Positions 48,698 through 59,069 are shown, counted from the stretch's first letter. The stretch is 64,000 nt of DNA from an uncultured Dehalococcoidia bacterium (GCA_903929005.1 CAIYTC010000202.1:3080-67079), one strand, 5' to 3'. The notes: generated by a model from the sequence alone, not told the origin. Translations and numbers: made by a program.

Positions 48698-49207
48698 TCA
48701 GTAAGCCATCCAGGACCTCAGCCGGGGTACCCAGCGCGGCACGTTCTTGGTATAGGTTATATATTCCTCGCCGAACCTTTTCTGCAGCCCGGGCTCCTCG
48801 GAAAATACGAAGTAAATATGGTTAATGCCGAAAAACAGCGCGAACCACATGAAAATGCCCACTGAACCGAAGGCGATCGATTCTCCCAGCAGGGTCAGCA
48901 GGACACTGGATATCATAGGGTTGCGCACATGGCGGTAAGGACCGATGATGACCAGCTTTTTGGCAGGTGACCAGGGCGCCAGCGTACCCTTGCCGATATT
49001 TATGAAAAGCCCGATGGTCATGAACAGGTAGTAAAGCCCGTTCCCCATCAGCACCGAACCCGCCAGCACGATCACGGCATCCCAGGGCATCCCTAACCCC
49101 CAGCCAATCCTGAAGCCAGTTGCCCACAGTATGCCCGCCGGTATGATCAGCAGCACCGTGAACGGCAGGATAAACGACCTCAACTGGCTAATAAATGATT
49201 CTTTCAC
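48698..49207 (-). CDS. ICMT/PEMT-family membrane methyltransferase
   Basis: 'RHVRNPMISSVLL…GESIAFGS' and 'EEPGLQKRFGEEY' SAM-binding tail. Confidence 0.55.
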   Translation of the reverse strand: MKESFISQLRSFILPFTVLLIIPAGILWATGFRIGWGLGMPWDAVIVLAGSVLMGNGLYYLFMTIGLFINIGKGTLAPWSPAKKLVIIGPYRHVRNPMISSVLLTLLGESIAFGSVGIFMWFALFFGINHIYFVFSEEPGLQKRFGEEYITYTKNVPRWVPRLRSWMAY

Positions 49208-49238
49208 TCAAACCTGCCTGTGTGTCTGATTTCATCCT

Positions 49239-50087
49239 ATGATAGCATTAAACGGCGGAAACGACATTTCGCGTGATACAATGACAGACATGAAGTCCGG
49301 CCTCATCCACTGCGGGGATTGCCTTGTCAAGCTGAAGTCTTTCCCTGCTGAGTGCGTCGACCTTATCTATATCGACCCGCCCTTCAATTCCAACCGCAAC
49401 TATAGCGATACCGGAAACGAAAACGATAAAAGGCAGTTCGCAGATAAATTTGAGAACGTCGCCGCCTATATTGCTTATATGAAACCGCGCCTCAAGGAGC
49501 TGCACCGTGTCTTGAAGCCGACCGGGAGCTTCTACTATCACTGCGACTGGCATGCCTCACATTACGTCAAGGTGCTGCTGGATGGCGGGGACTTATTCGG
49601 CTACGGCAACTTCCAGAATGAAATAGCCTGGTGTTACCGATCGGGAGGGGCCAGCCCTAAAAAACGCTTCTCGCGCAAGCACGATGTTATCCTCTTCTAT
49701 TCCAAGACCGCCGGTTATACATTCAACGGCCTACGTGAGAAGTCCTATAACCGCGGCCTTAAGCCGTACCACTTCCGGGGCGTCAGTGAATTCCAGGATG
49801 AGGCCGGTTGGTACACGGATGTTGGGATGAAAGACTACTGGGAGATAAACATGGTAGGCAGGACCAGCCGTGAACGCCTGGACTATCCCACGCAAAAGCC
49901 CGAAGCCCTGCTGGAGCGCATCATCAGGGCCGGCAGCAACGAGGGCGATATTGTGCTGGATGCCTTCTGCGGCAGCGGTACCACCCTGGCCGTGGCCCAA
50001 AGGCTGAAGCGCAGTTGGATCGGCATAGATGTCTCCCCGGCGGCCTGCAATCTGACCAGGCGGCGACTAAACAAGCTTCAGCTATAA
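49239..50087 (+). CDS. Beta-class N6A/N4C DNA methyltransferase, apparently solitary
   Basis: Motif IV 'IDPPFNS' precedes motif I 'LDAFCGSGTT'; no adjacent endonuclease candidate. Confidence 0.7.
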   Translation: MIALNGGNDISRDTMTDMKSGLIHCGDCLVKLKSFPAECVDLIYIDPPFNSNRNYSDTGNENDKRQFADKFENVAAYIAYMKPRLKELHRVLKPTGSFYYHCDWHASHYVKVLLDGGDLFGYGNFQNEIAWCYRSGGASPKKRFSRKHDVILFYSKTAGYTFNGLREKSYNRGLKPYHFRGVSEFQDEAGWYTDVGMKDYWEINMVGRTSRERLDYPTQKPEALLERIIRAGSNEGDIVLDAFCGSGTTLAVAQRLKRSWIGIDVSPAACNLTRRRLNKLQL

Positions 50088-50756
50088 GTCCTTCAGTTCC
50101 CTGATTACAATATCGGGACGGTCGGTCATGATGATGTCGATACCGCAACGCAAAGCCCGCCTCAGGTCATCCTCGCTGCCGCTGTCCCAGGCGAAAACCA
50201 GTTCTCCCCTTGCGTGCGCCGTTTTTACCATTTCAGCGCTCACCTTATCGCCGCGCACCTGCCTGAATACCCCCGTCTTACCGGCTGATAAATTCACGCC
50301 CGCATCTGAAGGCTCACCGATCACGGCACAGGTAAAATCCGGGGCCAGCCCTGACAGACTCCCTATCAGCGCGGCATCGAAGGAAACCAGCACTGTGAAG
50401 GTTGCATCCACCTGCCGGCGCAGCAGTGCCAGTAATTGCTCCAGCGACCTGACCTGTTTGAGTTCAATAAGCAGCACCAGTCCCCTGCCCAGTACTTCCA
50501 GCGTCTGCCTGAGGGTGGGTATCCGGTAGCTGCCGCCAACCCTCAACCGCTCAATATCCTTCAATTTCAGGCTGCTGATACTATTTCCCTCTATACTGTC
50601 ATCGTGTAAGACCACGAACTCCCCGCCGGCCGTCTCCTGCACATCGAATTCCACGCCGTCCACGCCTATTGCAAGAGCGGCACGGAAAGCTTCCAGCGTG
50701 TTGTCAGGGAAGTCCCGCGTAAACCCGCGGTGGGCTATTACCAGGGCCTTCTTCAT
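50082..50756 (-). CDS. Glycerophosphodiester phosphodiesterase
   Basis: 'IAHRGFTRDFPDNTLEAF…GVDGVEFDVQ' GDPD N-terminus. Confidence 0.75.
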   Translation of the reverse strand: MKKALVIAHRGFTRDFPDNTLEAFRAALAIGVDGVEFDVQETAGGEFVVLHDDSIEGNSISSLKLKDIERLRVGGSYRIPTLRQTLEVLGRGLVLLIELKQVRSLEQLLALLRRQVDATFTVLVSFDAALIGSLSGLAPDFTCAVIGEPSDAGVNLSAGKTGVFRQVRGDKVSAEMVKTAHARGELVFAWDSGSEDDLRRALRCGIDIIMTDRPDIVIRELKDL

Positions 50757-50760
50757 GCTG

Positions 50761-51162
50761 TTAATCGAGTATGGCTATGGCGTCCATCTCCACCAGGGCA
50801 TCCCGGCTGAGCAGTTCCTTAACCACGATGCCGGTAGAAGCAGGGAAGCTATTGGCGAAGTACTCCCGCCGCACTGCTACCGTGCCCTTATAGCCCTCCT
50901 TGCTGCGGATATAATCGCAGGTCCAGACCACGTCATCAAAAGTGGCGCCTGCCGTATCCAGGACTACCTTCAGCTTCTCATAAATAGTCCTGTACTGCTG
51001 CACGATGTCGCCCCTGATGACCAGCTTGCCGGTCTCCGCATCGATCTCCGTAGCGTCGTTGCCGGACACAAAAAGCATATTGCCTTTGCGCACCGCCGGG
51101 GCGAAGGTGAGGTGCTCGTAGATTTCCCAGCCTTTGGGTATGATGGCCTGCCGCTTGCTCAT
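50761..51162 (-). CDS. RidA/YjgF-family reactive-intermediate deaminase
   Basis: 133 aa; 'LFVSGN', 'DVVWTCDYI', C-terminal 'VEMDAIAI'. Confidence 0.7.
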   Translation of the reverse strand: MSKRQAIIPKGWEIYEHLTFAPAVRKGNMLFVSGNDATEIDAETGKLVIRGDIVQQYRTIYEKLKVVLDTAGATFDDVVWTCDYIRSKEGYKGTVAVRREYFANSFPASTGIVVKELLSRDALVEMDAIAILD

Positions 51163-51190
51163 GTCTGCCTCCTCTTTATTAATCCTGTAT

Positions 51191-52264
51191 TTACCAACAG
51201 TCGCTTATAACCGCAGCCGTTTTAAAAGGGTCGCTGCTGATCACGTTGGCGCCCCAAAATTCCATAGCCCCTATGTCAGACGATAAATCACCGGCGTCGC
51301 CGCGGTCGAGCAGCCGGGTAACCAGGGGAAAGCCATCCCAGCCGGGCTCATCATCCAGCGGGGGGAAGGTGATGCCCAGGTTAAACGCTTTAACCCCCAG
51401 CCGGTCACGAAAGCAGGCCAGCATGCGGTAAATATTATGTTCCAATTCATCGCTAAGGCGTGGCGCGAGTATCATCACCTCGTTAAGCTTGAGCGGCGAC
51501 AGGCAGATTATTACCTTGGCATAACCTGCCCGGAACCCTAAACCCAGCGCCTCATGCACTTTGAACAGGTCTGCAAAGTAACCGCTGCTATATTTAGCTT
51601 TATACTCAACAGCGGCCTGCCGCAAGTGTTCCACTTTGGCGTAATGGGACCCCCTGCCCAGCACGACCTGCGCGTGTCCGTGCGAGATGCTGGCGCCGGC
51701 ACGGTAATTGCAATTCCACAGGAAAAGGCCGTAGCGGGCAGCGGCGTCATATTCATGGGCCCGCTGCATCCACTTCCAACCGGTATCGATGTAATCTACA
51801 ACCTCGTTGCAACCAAAATCCAGCGGATTTGCATTCTTGAATATGATTACGCAGTGGTATTGCTCATAACTGGCAATATTGCCGGCGGTGATGCAATATT
51901 TGCCCTGCACTCTGCCAAATGGGTTCCCGGTCGTTTTGTGCAACGGCTCTGCAAACGGGCTATCGCTATCCTGTTTTCCCGCTATACCACCGGTACCTGT
52001 GCCCCGAAAGTTATGCGGACGGAGAGAACGCAGGGGATTGAAAATAGACTGTTCAAGTGAAATGCGGTTGGTGACCTTTACCAGCGGCTGTGCCATGACT
52101 TTTTCGACCGGGCCAAACTGCCGTTCAATCCAGGGCAGCATCTGCTCCGGCGAGTGCAAAATACCCGTAACCACATCCACTGAAAAAATACGGTTAAATA
52201 TGCGCTGAGTATCAAGCGGGAGACCCGCAACTGCGCCAGGAAGCTGTTCGATCGAAGCTATCAT
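51191..52264 (-). CDS. GalT-like HIT-superfamily nucleotidyltransferase
   Basis: 'FLWNCNYRAGASISHGHAQVV' resembles the GalT 'FENKG…HPHGQ' active site. Confidence 0.35.
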   Translation of the reverse strand: MIASIEQLPGAVAGLPLDTQRIFNRIFSVDVVTGILHSPEQMLPWIERQFGPVEKVMAQPLVKVTNRISLEQSIFNPLRSLRPHNFRGTGTGGIAGKQDSDSPFAEPLHKTTGNPFGRVQGKYCITAGNIASYEQYHCVIIFKNANPLDFGCNEVVDYIDTGWKWMQRAHEYDAAARYGLFLWNCNYRAGASISHGHAQVVLGRGSHYAKVEHLRQAAVEYKAKYSSGYFADLFKVHEALGLGFRAGYAKVIICLSPLKLNEVMILAPRLSDELEHNIYRMLACFRDRLGVKAFNLGITFPPLDDEPGWDGFPLVTRLLDRGDAGDLSSDIGAMEFWGANVISSDPFKTAAVISDCW

Positions 52265-52282
52265 CCGGGTGCGCCCCAGTAA

Positions 52283-52639
52283 TTAAACCGCGGCCTGCTT
52301 CGGCGATGCGGTCAGCCTCCAAATAAGGTCGGGCGTTTCCTTCTGCCCCATGCCGTAGCCTATTAATAGTGCCAGCCTGTCCAGCATCAGCCTGGCGCCG
52401 TCCAGGTCGCCCTTCTCCAGCAGGGGCAGGGACTTTTCCAGCAACTGGGTTTCCTCGTTAAGCTGGCAGGCGAAACCGCCCAGGTTGCCGCAGCAGGGCG
52501 CGATGGCCTCTGACCGCCACAGGTGGGCCTCTTTTATCTCGAGGATTTTCTTCAGCGCCTCGATGCCTTCCTGCCTGGTAGCCGGGTCGGCGAGCTTGCT
52601 TCTCGCCTCGTTATACGTATCGATGTTGATTATCATCAT
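52283..52639 (-). CDS. Hypothetical small protein
   Basis: 118-aa ORF, coding-like; 'CCGNLGGFAC'. Confidence 0.3.
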   Translation of the reverse strand: MMIINIDTYNEARSKLADPATRQEGIEALKKILEIKEAHLWRSEAIAPCCGNLGGFACQLNEETQLLEKSLPLLEKGDLDGARLMLDRLALLIGYGMGQKETPDLIWRLTASPKQAAV

Positions 52640-52676
52640 AGCTGCACCGCCTGCCTGTTATTTTACTGCCTTTGCC

Positions 52677-54209
52677 TTAATGCTTGAAATGGCGCACCCC
52701 TGTAAACACCATGGCCAGGCCGTATTTATCAGCCGCCTCGATCGACTGCTGATCACGGATGGAGCCGCCGACCTGTATGATGGCCGTTACCCCGCCTTTG
52801 GCCGCCAGTTCCACGGTGTCGGGGAAGGGGATGAAGGCATCCGACCCCAGCACGCTTCCCTTCGATTTATCCCCGGCGCGCTCCAGCGCGATCTGCGCGC
52901 TGACCGAGCGGTTGGGCTGGCCGGCGCCCATGCCCAGCAGGGTACGGTCTTTGGCCAGCGTAATGCCGTTGGACTTGATATGCTTGACCGCCTTCCAGGC
53001 GAAGAAAAGGTCATCCCATTCCTTCTCCGACGGCTGCCGCCTGGTAACTACCTGCGGCTTGAATTCCTCGCCGGTGTAAAAGTCTTTCAGTTGCGCCAGG
53101 AAGCCGCCGCTGATGGGGCGGAACTCCACAGTCTTTCCCTTTGGCACACGGATTTCAGCCGGCATGGAGAGCAGCCGCAGGCTCTTTTTTCGTCCCAGCA
53201 AGGTCAGCGCTTCGTTGCTATACCCCGCCGTGATGATGACGTCAAAGTGCGTCTTATCCACTTCGGTGGCCAGCGCTATATCCATGACCTTGTTGATGGC
53301 CACGATGCCGCCGAAGGCTGCCATGGGGTCGCCGGCCAGCGCCCCGCGGTAGGCTTGCGGCAGGTCGTTGTTGCTGCACAGGCCGCAGGCGTTAGTGTGC
53401 TTAATGATGGCCACAGTGGGCTCCTCAAAGTCGCTGACCAGGTTCCAGGCGGAATCGATATCCAGGAAATTGTTGAAGGAAAGCTCCGCCCCGGAGTGCT
53501 GCTTGACCTGGGTGATGCCCCACGGCTTCTGCCCGGCCACTTTCTCTTCGTACAGGGCCGCATGCTGGTGCGGGTTCTCGCCGTAGCGCAGGTTGTACAT
53601 CTTATGCAGGGCGATGGTCAGGCCGGAGGGGAAGGTTTCACCTTCCAGCCAGTACTGGGAGATAGCAGTGTCGTAGAGCGCCACGTGCTGGAAGGCCTTC
53701 TGTGCCAGCCTCTTGCGGAAGGCCAGGTCCACCTGCCCGCCCTTGAGTTTCTCAATTATCAGGTTATAGTCCGCCGGGTCAACCACCACCAGGACGGCCG
53801 GGAAATTCTTGGCCGCGGCACGTATCATGGTGGGGCCGCCTATATCAATATTCTCCAGCGCTTCCTCCATGGTTACGCCGGGCCTGGCGACAGTTTCAAC
53901 AAAGGGATACAGGTTGACCACCACCATATCGATCGGCTCGATCTTATGCTTGCCTAATTCATCCATATGCCCCGGCCGGTCGCGCCTGGCCAGTATGCCG
54001 CCATGCACCATCGGGTGCAGCGTTTTTACGCGGCCGTCCAGTATCTCGGGAAATCCAGTGATATCCGATATGCCGTGGACCGCCAACCCGGCTTCGACCA
54101 GCGATTTCCTGGTGCCGCCGGTGCTGAAGATATCCACCTTCAAATCCTGCAACTGCCGGGCGAAATCAACCAGGCCGGCCTTATCTGATACGCTCAGGAT
54201 AGCACGCAT
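52677..54209 (-). CDS. purH: Bifunctional AICAR transformylase / IMP cyclohydrolase
   Basis: 'MRAILSVSDKAGLVDFA…STGGT' MGS-like N-terminus + AICARFT domain. Confidence 0.9.
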   Translation of the reverse strand: MRAILSVSDKAGLVDFARQLQDLKVDIFSTGGTRKSLVEAGLAVHGISDITGFPEILDGRVKTLHPMVHGGILARRDRPGHMDELGKHKIEPIDMVVVNLYPFVETVARPGVTMEEALENIDIGGPTMIRAAAKNFPAVLVVVDPADYNLIIEKLKGGQVDLAFRKRLAQKAFQHVALYDTAISQYWLEGETFPSGLTIALHKMYNLRYGENPHQHAALYEEKVAGQKPWGITQVKQHSGAELSFNNFLDIDSAWNLVSDFEEPTVAIIKHTNACGLCSNNDLPQAYRGALAGDPMAAFGGIVAINKVMDIALATEVDKTHFDVIITAGYSNEALTLLGRKKSLRLLSMPAEIRVPKGKTVEFRPISGGFLAQLKDFYTGEEFKPQVVTRRQPSEKEWDDLFFAWKAVKHIKSNGITLAKDRTLLGMGAGQPNRSVSAQIALERAGDKSKGSVLGSDAFIPFPDTVELAAKGGVTAIIQVGGSIRDQQSIEAADKYGLAMVFTGVRHFKH

Positions 54210-54220
54210 AGAACACCCCT

Positions 54221-55256
54221 TTACTGTATTATCACTCTCTCGCTGCCGTTGGCCTTGACTATCTTGCCTATCTGCCGGGCATCCGCCAGGGATGACAACA
54301 TCTTACCCGCCGCTTCCTGACCGCAGATGGCTACCATGCCTATGCCCATATTGAAAACGCGGTACATCTCCTCGTCCTTCAGGCTGCCCCTCTTCTGCAC
54401 AAGCTCGAAAATGGCCGGCACCTGCCATGAGGCCCGGTCTATTTGCGCTGAGCAGCCGGCTGGCAATATGCGAGGTATATTGCCCACCAGGCCGCCCCCT
54501 GTTATATGGGCCAGGCCATGTAGCTCATCCAGGAACGGTTTAAGCTCGTTATGATAGCAGCGGTGCGGTTGCAGCAACGCTTCGCCCAGTGTCCGGCCCA
54601 GTTCGGGATAGATCATTTTAAGGGAGATCGCGTCACGGTCGATGCCGAAAATCTTGCGCACCAGGGAATACCCGTTAGTATGCAGGCCGCTGGAGGGCAA
54701 CCCCAGCACAATATCGCCTTCAACTATATTTTCACCGCTGATGACCTTAGCCTTTTCTACCACCCCCACAATGAAGCCCACCAGGTCGTAGTCGGCAGCC
54801 TTGTACATGCCGGGCATCTCGGCCGTCTCGCCCCCGATAAGGGCACAGTCAACCGCCCGGCAGGCCCGCGCCAGGCCTGAGACGATAGCGGCCACCGTGT
54901 GCGGCTGCAGCTTGCCCAATCCCACGTAATCCAGCATGAAAAGCGGACTGGCGCCGCAGCACAGTATGTCGTTGGTGCAGTGGTTGACCAGGTCCATGCC
55001 CACCGTATCATGCTTTTCCATCAGCACGGCCAGCTTGAGCTTGGTGCCCACACCGTCGGCGCTGGATACCAGCACCGGGTCTGTGTATTGCCTGAGCTTG
55101 AAGAAGGCGCCGAAATGGCCGATATCGGTGAGTACCTCGGGGCCAAAGGTCGGGCGCACCAGGTCCTTGATCAGGTCCTTGGTCTTATCAGCGGCGGATA
55201 TATCCACGCCCGCCTGGGCGTAAGCTCCCTTAGGTTTCGATTTCACTGAGGCTCCT
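54221..55256 (-). CDS. purM: Phosphoribosylformylglycinamidine cyclo-ligase (AIR synthetase)
   Basis: 'YAQAGVDI' N-terminus, 'GLVGFIVGVV'; start set at GTG preceded by AAGGAG. Confidence 0.9.
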
Positions 55257-56660
55257 TGCCGAAGGCAATGGCAGAGTCTCCAGTTGCAGCTTATCCATTT
55301 CAAGCTGCACCGGCATGGGGTATTCGCCGGTAAAGCAGGCTGCGCAGAAATTCTCCCTGGGCAGGCCGACAGCTTCGATCAGGCCGTCCATGCTGATATA
55401 TCCCAGTGTATCGGCGCCGATGGCGTCCCTGATCTCGGGGACGGTCTTCTGGGCTGCGATCAGTTCCCAGCGCGTGGCCATATCAACGCCAAAAAAGCAC
55501 GGGTAGCGTATGGGCGGGGCGCAGATCCTCATATGCACCTCCCTGGCGCCGGCCTTGCGTAACACGTTTATAACGCGCGGTGTGGTTGTGCCGCGCACGA
55601 TGCTGTCATCCACTACCACCAGGCGCTTGCCGGATATCTCCTGCGTGAGCGGGTTGAACTTCAGCCGCACGCCCAGTTCGCGCAGTCTCTGGTCAGGCTC
55701 AATGAAGGTGCGTCCCACGTAGCGGTTCTTGATCAGCCCCTCGTGGTAAGGAATACCCGAAGCCCTGGCGTAGCCTATGCCGGCTGCTGTGGCCGAATCC
55801 GGTATGCCGATCACGATATCGGCATCCACCGGGTGTTCGCGGGACAGGATGGCGCCCATATTTTCACGGGTTGAATAGATCAGCTTGCCGTTAAGCAGGC
55901 TGTCGGGGCGCGCGAAGTAAATATACTCGAAGATACACAGTGCCCGGCGCACGCTTTCGATACGCGTGCTCCTCACACCGTTGGCATCGATAGTTACCAA
56001 CTCGCCCGGCTCGATTTCCCGGACGAACTGGGCGCCGATATGGTCGAGCGCACAGGTTTCCGAAGCCAGCGTCCATCCGCCGTCGATGCTGCCCAGCGAG
56101 AGGGGCCTGACGCCCATGGGGTCGCGCACACCGTAGAGCTTATTATTGGCCAGTATAACCAGGGAGTAGGCGCCCTGCAGGCGGCGCATGGCATATTTTA
56201 TCCTGGCCTCGATATCCTTTCCCGGGGAAGACAGTATCAGGTTGGCAATGACCTCCGAATCGGTGGAGGCGTTGAAGACATAGCCCTTCTCTTCAAGGCT
56301 GGCCCGCAGTGCTGCGGAATTGGTGATATTGCCGTTGTGACCCAGCGCCAGCTTGATATCGGCGGCGCCCACCAGCACCGGCTGGGCATTGCAGGCCATG
56401 CTGGACCCCGTGGTCGAGTAACGGTTGTGCCCGATGGCGGTACTGCCCTTGAGGCGGACCAGCTCTTCCTCAGTAAATACGTGCGAAACCAGTCCCATAT
56501 CCGTGTGGATATAGATCCTGCCATCCTCGGCGGTAGCAATGCCGGCGCTCTCCTGCCCGCGGTGCTGAAGCGCGTAAAGGGCAAAGAAAGTTACGCGGGC
56601 TACATCTACTCCGGGGGCATAGATACCGAAAATGCCGCAGCTTTCGTGCAAATCGTGCAT
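55230..56660 (-). CDS. purF: Amidophosphoribosyltransferase
   Basis: 'SCGIFGIYAP' Ntn Cys; PRT domain; C-terminal Cys cluster. Confidence 0.9.
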   Translation of the reverse strand: MHDLHESCGIFGIYAPGVDVARVTFFALYALQHRGQESAGIATAEDGRIYIHTDMGLVSHVFTEEELVRLKGSTAIGHNRYSTTGSSMACNAQPVLVGAADIKLALGHNGNITNSAALRASLEEKGYVFNASTDSEVIANLILSSPGKDIEARIKYAMRRLQGAYSLVILANNKLYGVRDPMGVRPLSLGSIDGGWTLASETCALDHIGAQFVREIEPGELVTIDANGVRSTRIESVRRALCIFEYIYFARPDSLLNGKLIYSTRENMGAILSREHPVDADIVIGIPDSATAAGIGYARASGIPYHEGLIKNRYVGRTFIEPDQRLRELGVRLKFNPLTQEISGKRLVVVDDSIVRGTTTPRVINVLRKAGAREVHMRICAPPIRYPCFFGVDMATRWELIAAQKTVPEIRDAIGADTLGYISMDGLIEAVGLPRENFCAACFTGEYPMPVQLEMDKLQLETLPLPSARSLSEIET

Positions 56661-56674
56661 CGGTTTACATAGCG

Positions 56675-56704
56675 ATTATACGGCTTTTACAGCGTCACGG
56701 TCAA
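56675..56704 (-). promoter_or_regulatory. Sigma70-like promoter of purF-purM-purH (near-leaderless)
   Basis: Coding-strand 'TTGACC-18 nt-TATAAT', then 14 nt to the purF ATG; no RBS. Confidence 0.4.
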
Positions 56705-56816
56705 TGTATTGAACATACCGCCAAGGACACGGTCAGGCTGCCCCGTAACGGCCGGGCTTACGGCGGGCAGCCCCACACCTCCGTCCGAGAGTTATTGGTC
56801 TCGCCAGATTCACTAA

Positions 56817-58190
56817 TTACTCCGGTCCGACGGGGGGGCACCCCCAGGTTTCCTGGTAAGAGTTGTTAGTCTCATCGGACTCGTTAACTACCCCTTCGCT
56901 ATCGATGACCGCCCTCATCGTGCTATGTGCGCCGACCTCACATAAGTGGTGGTAACTCGGGAAAGTAAGGGTGGTTTGCCCTCCCGCAACTATCCCGCCA
57001 GGGACATTTATTGTACCAACATGGATCCCACCGCGATACAGCTTGATCCAGAACCCCCCCGAATCCAGAGTGCCTATGTTCTTTGCCGTGACTTTGACCG
57101 TGTTAGAGGGCGCAGGACCGTACGCAATATCGGTAATCTTCAGGTCAGGCTTTAAAGCCAGCATTGGCCCCACAGACCCGATGGAAAGACAGGTAAACGT
57201 CTTGGCCATACTGTTGTTGGCCCCGTTAGATTCCACGGCGACATTGGTTGAATCGGCCGTGACCACCACGCTGTCCGACAGCCCGGTGCATAAGTAGGCA
57301 TAGGCGCTGAACGACTGGGTGCTGGCAGCGGCAACGGCCAGCACCGGCACCGAATCGGTGGCTTTCACAGCCCCGTCAATGGTCAACTTTGTTACCGTAA
57401 CGGGCGCTGAGGCCGTCCCCTGGTTCTTGATACGGTAATATATTTTGGCGCCTGATTTCCATACATCTTCGATGACCAGGTCCGGCTTCAACGTTGCCGC
57501 GGCAGCAACCGAGACGGTGACCGTGGCCTGGCCGAAATAGGCCGTATTGGCTGCGGTCAGCGTATAGGTCGTATTGACAGCCGGTGACACGGCCCTGGCG
57601 CCGGTCAGTCCCACGCTGCCCACTCCGTGATCTATGGTTACGGCTACGGCGTTGCCGACATCCCAGCTAAGGGTTGAGGTAGCGCCTGCAGCAATCCCCG
57701 CCGGTGCAGCATTGAACGAGTTGATCACAGGCGGCGTCGGCCCGGGTGCGCCGCTGCCCGGATCGGCGGGCGGAGGTGTGCCCGGATCAGCGGGGGGAGG
57801 CTCGGCTGCGGCCTCGGTTATCACGTTCACCGTACCCTGCGTCTCGAGGGACCAGTTGCCCGAGCTGTCCTGCACAGAGAAAAGAACGATATGATTGCCC
57901 GGTGACAATTGAGTTGTATCAAAGTTTGCCCGGCTGCCCAGGTCGCCATCGATGCTGGAGCGCCAGAGATAGGCCGTGATGCTGCCGCTGGCAGCAGTGC
58001 CATGTCCGCTGAAGTTGACCGACTCACCCCAATTGAGGCTGCTGGGCGATATCCGGTCGATAAAGGCCGCCGGCTTATTTACGCCTGTGGATGCGCTGCC
58101 GGGGGCGGTAGCCCCGGGTTGAACAATAGTGAAACAAGCTGAACTCAGAATAGTGATCAATGCCAGTGCCAGATAAACAGACTTCTGCAT
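56817..58190 (-). CDS. Secreted protein with signal peptide, Pro-rich linker and Ig-like / CARDB-like beta domains
   Basis: 'MQKSVYLALALITILSSA'; 'PVINSFNAAPAGIAAGATSTLSWDVGNAVAVTIDHGVGSV' shares its pattern with the Ig-like domain of the three FHA receptors. Confidence 0.5.
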   Translation of the reverse strand: MQKSVYLALALITILSSACFTIVQPGATAPGSASTGVNKPAAFIDRISPSSLNWGESVNFSGHGTAASGSITAYLWRSSIDGDLGSRANFDTTQLSPGNHIVLFSVQDSSGNWSLETQGTVNVITEAAAEPPPADPGTPPPADPGSGAPGPTPPVINSFNAAPAGIAAGATSTLSWDVGNAVAVTIDHGVGSVGLTGARAVSPAVNTTYTLTAANTAYFGQATVTVSVAAAATLKPDLVIEDVWKSGAKIYYRIKNQGTASAPVTVTKLTIDGAVKATDSVPVLAVAAASTQSFSAYAYLCTGLSDSVVVTADSTNVAVESNGANNSMAKTFTCLSIGSVGPMLALKPDLKITDIAYGPAPSNTVKVTAKNIGTLDSGGFWIKLYRGGIHVGTINVPGGIVAGGQTTLTFPSYHHLCEVGAHSTMRAVIDSEGVVNESDETNNSYQETWGCPPVGPE

Positions 58191-58301
58191 TTCCCTGCCT
58201 CCTGTTATCGAATTTCAATAAGTTGTTGCTACTGTGTCAATAATTTACCATAACAAAACACACCTGTCCAAAACGAATATTAATAGCCGCCTGCCAACCC
58301 G

Positions 58302-59069
58302 TCAGGCTACTGCTTTTATCAGCCACTGCGTGGCCGCGTCGATAGCCCGCTGGTCCTGCCGCAGCCTGTGCCCGGCGCCGGGCAGTATGGCCAGATCTTT
58401 CGGCTGGCCTGCTTTTTCAAACAGCTTCCCGGCGTGCGCGACAGGAACTACGTCATCCTGGTCGCCGTGCACCAGCAGCAGCGGCTTCGGCGTTATTTTA
58501 TCAATATATTCTATGGGCGCGATTGTTTTGAATCCATCCAGCCATTTCTCCACCGAGGGAGGGAAGTCCGCATCTTTGATTATCCCGATATCCCTGAACC
58601 TGCTGATCAGCGAGTCCGCTGTCTGGCCGCCGGCCATGAAGTCAAATCTCGCCGGGCAGGCCAACGTGGCCACGGCATACACGCGCTTGTCTTTAGCGGC
58701 GGCATAAACGCAGACAGCCGCTCCGCCCGATGAACCGAGCAGGCAAATCCTGTTTTTATCCACCTCGGGCAGCATCGCCAGGAAGTCGATAGCGGCTGCC
58801 AGGTCGTGAGTCCAGTCCAGCATGTCGATATTGCCCTGGCTGGGACCGCAGCCGCGGAAATTGAAGGCCAGCGCCACGAAGCCGACCCGGCAGAACCTGG
58901 CAGCGAGTTCGGGATAACCGCCTTGCTCCCCCGGGTTATACGGGACAGCCGGTATGCCGTGGCACAGGCAGACGGCCGGGTAGATCCTGTTGCATTCCTC
59001 CGGCAGGAAAACCTCTCCTGACAGCATCATTTCGTCAGCGCACAGTATAACCGCCGAATGTCTCATCAT
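58302..59069 (-). CDS. Alpha/beta-fold hydrolase (dienelactone hydrolase / S9-like)
   Basis: Nucleophile elbow 'LLGSSGGAAV'; 'LLVHGDQDDVVP', 'GAGHRL'. Confidence 0.65.
   Translation of the reverse strand: MMRHSAVILCADEMMLSGEVFLPEECNRIYPAVCLCHGIPAVPYNPGEQGGYPELAARFCRVGFVALAFNFRGCGPSQGNIDMLDWTHDLAAAIDFLAMLPEVDKNRICLLGSSGGAAVCVYAAAKDKRVYAVATLACPARFDFMAGGQTADSLISRFRDIGIIKDADFPPSVEKWLDGFKTIAPIEYIDKITPKPLLLVHGDQDDVVPVAHAGKLFEKAGQPKDLAILPGAGHRLRQDQRAIDAATQWLIKAVA

Noticed and set aside
52485-53957. 490-aa + ORF opposite purH
   Set aside because: Antisense shadow of a highly conserved gene.
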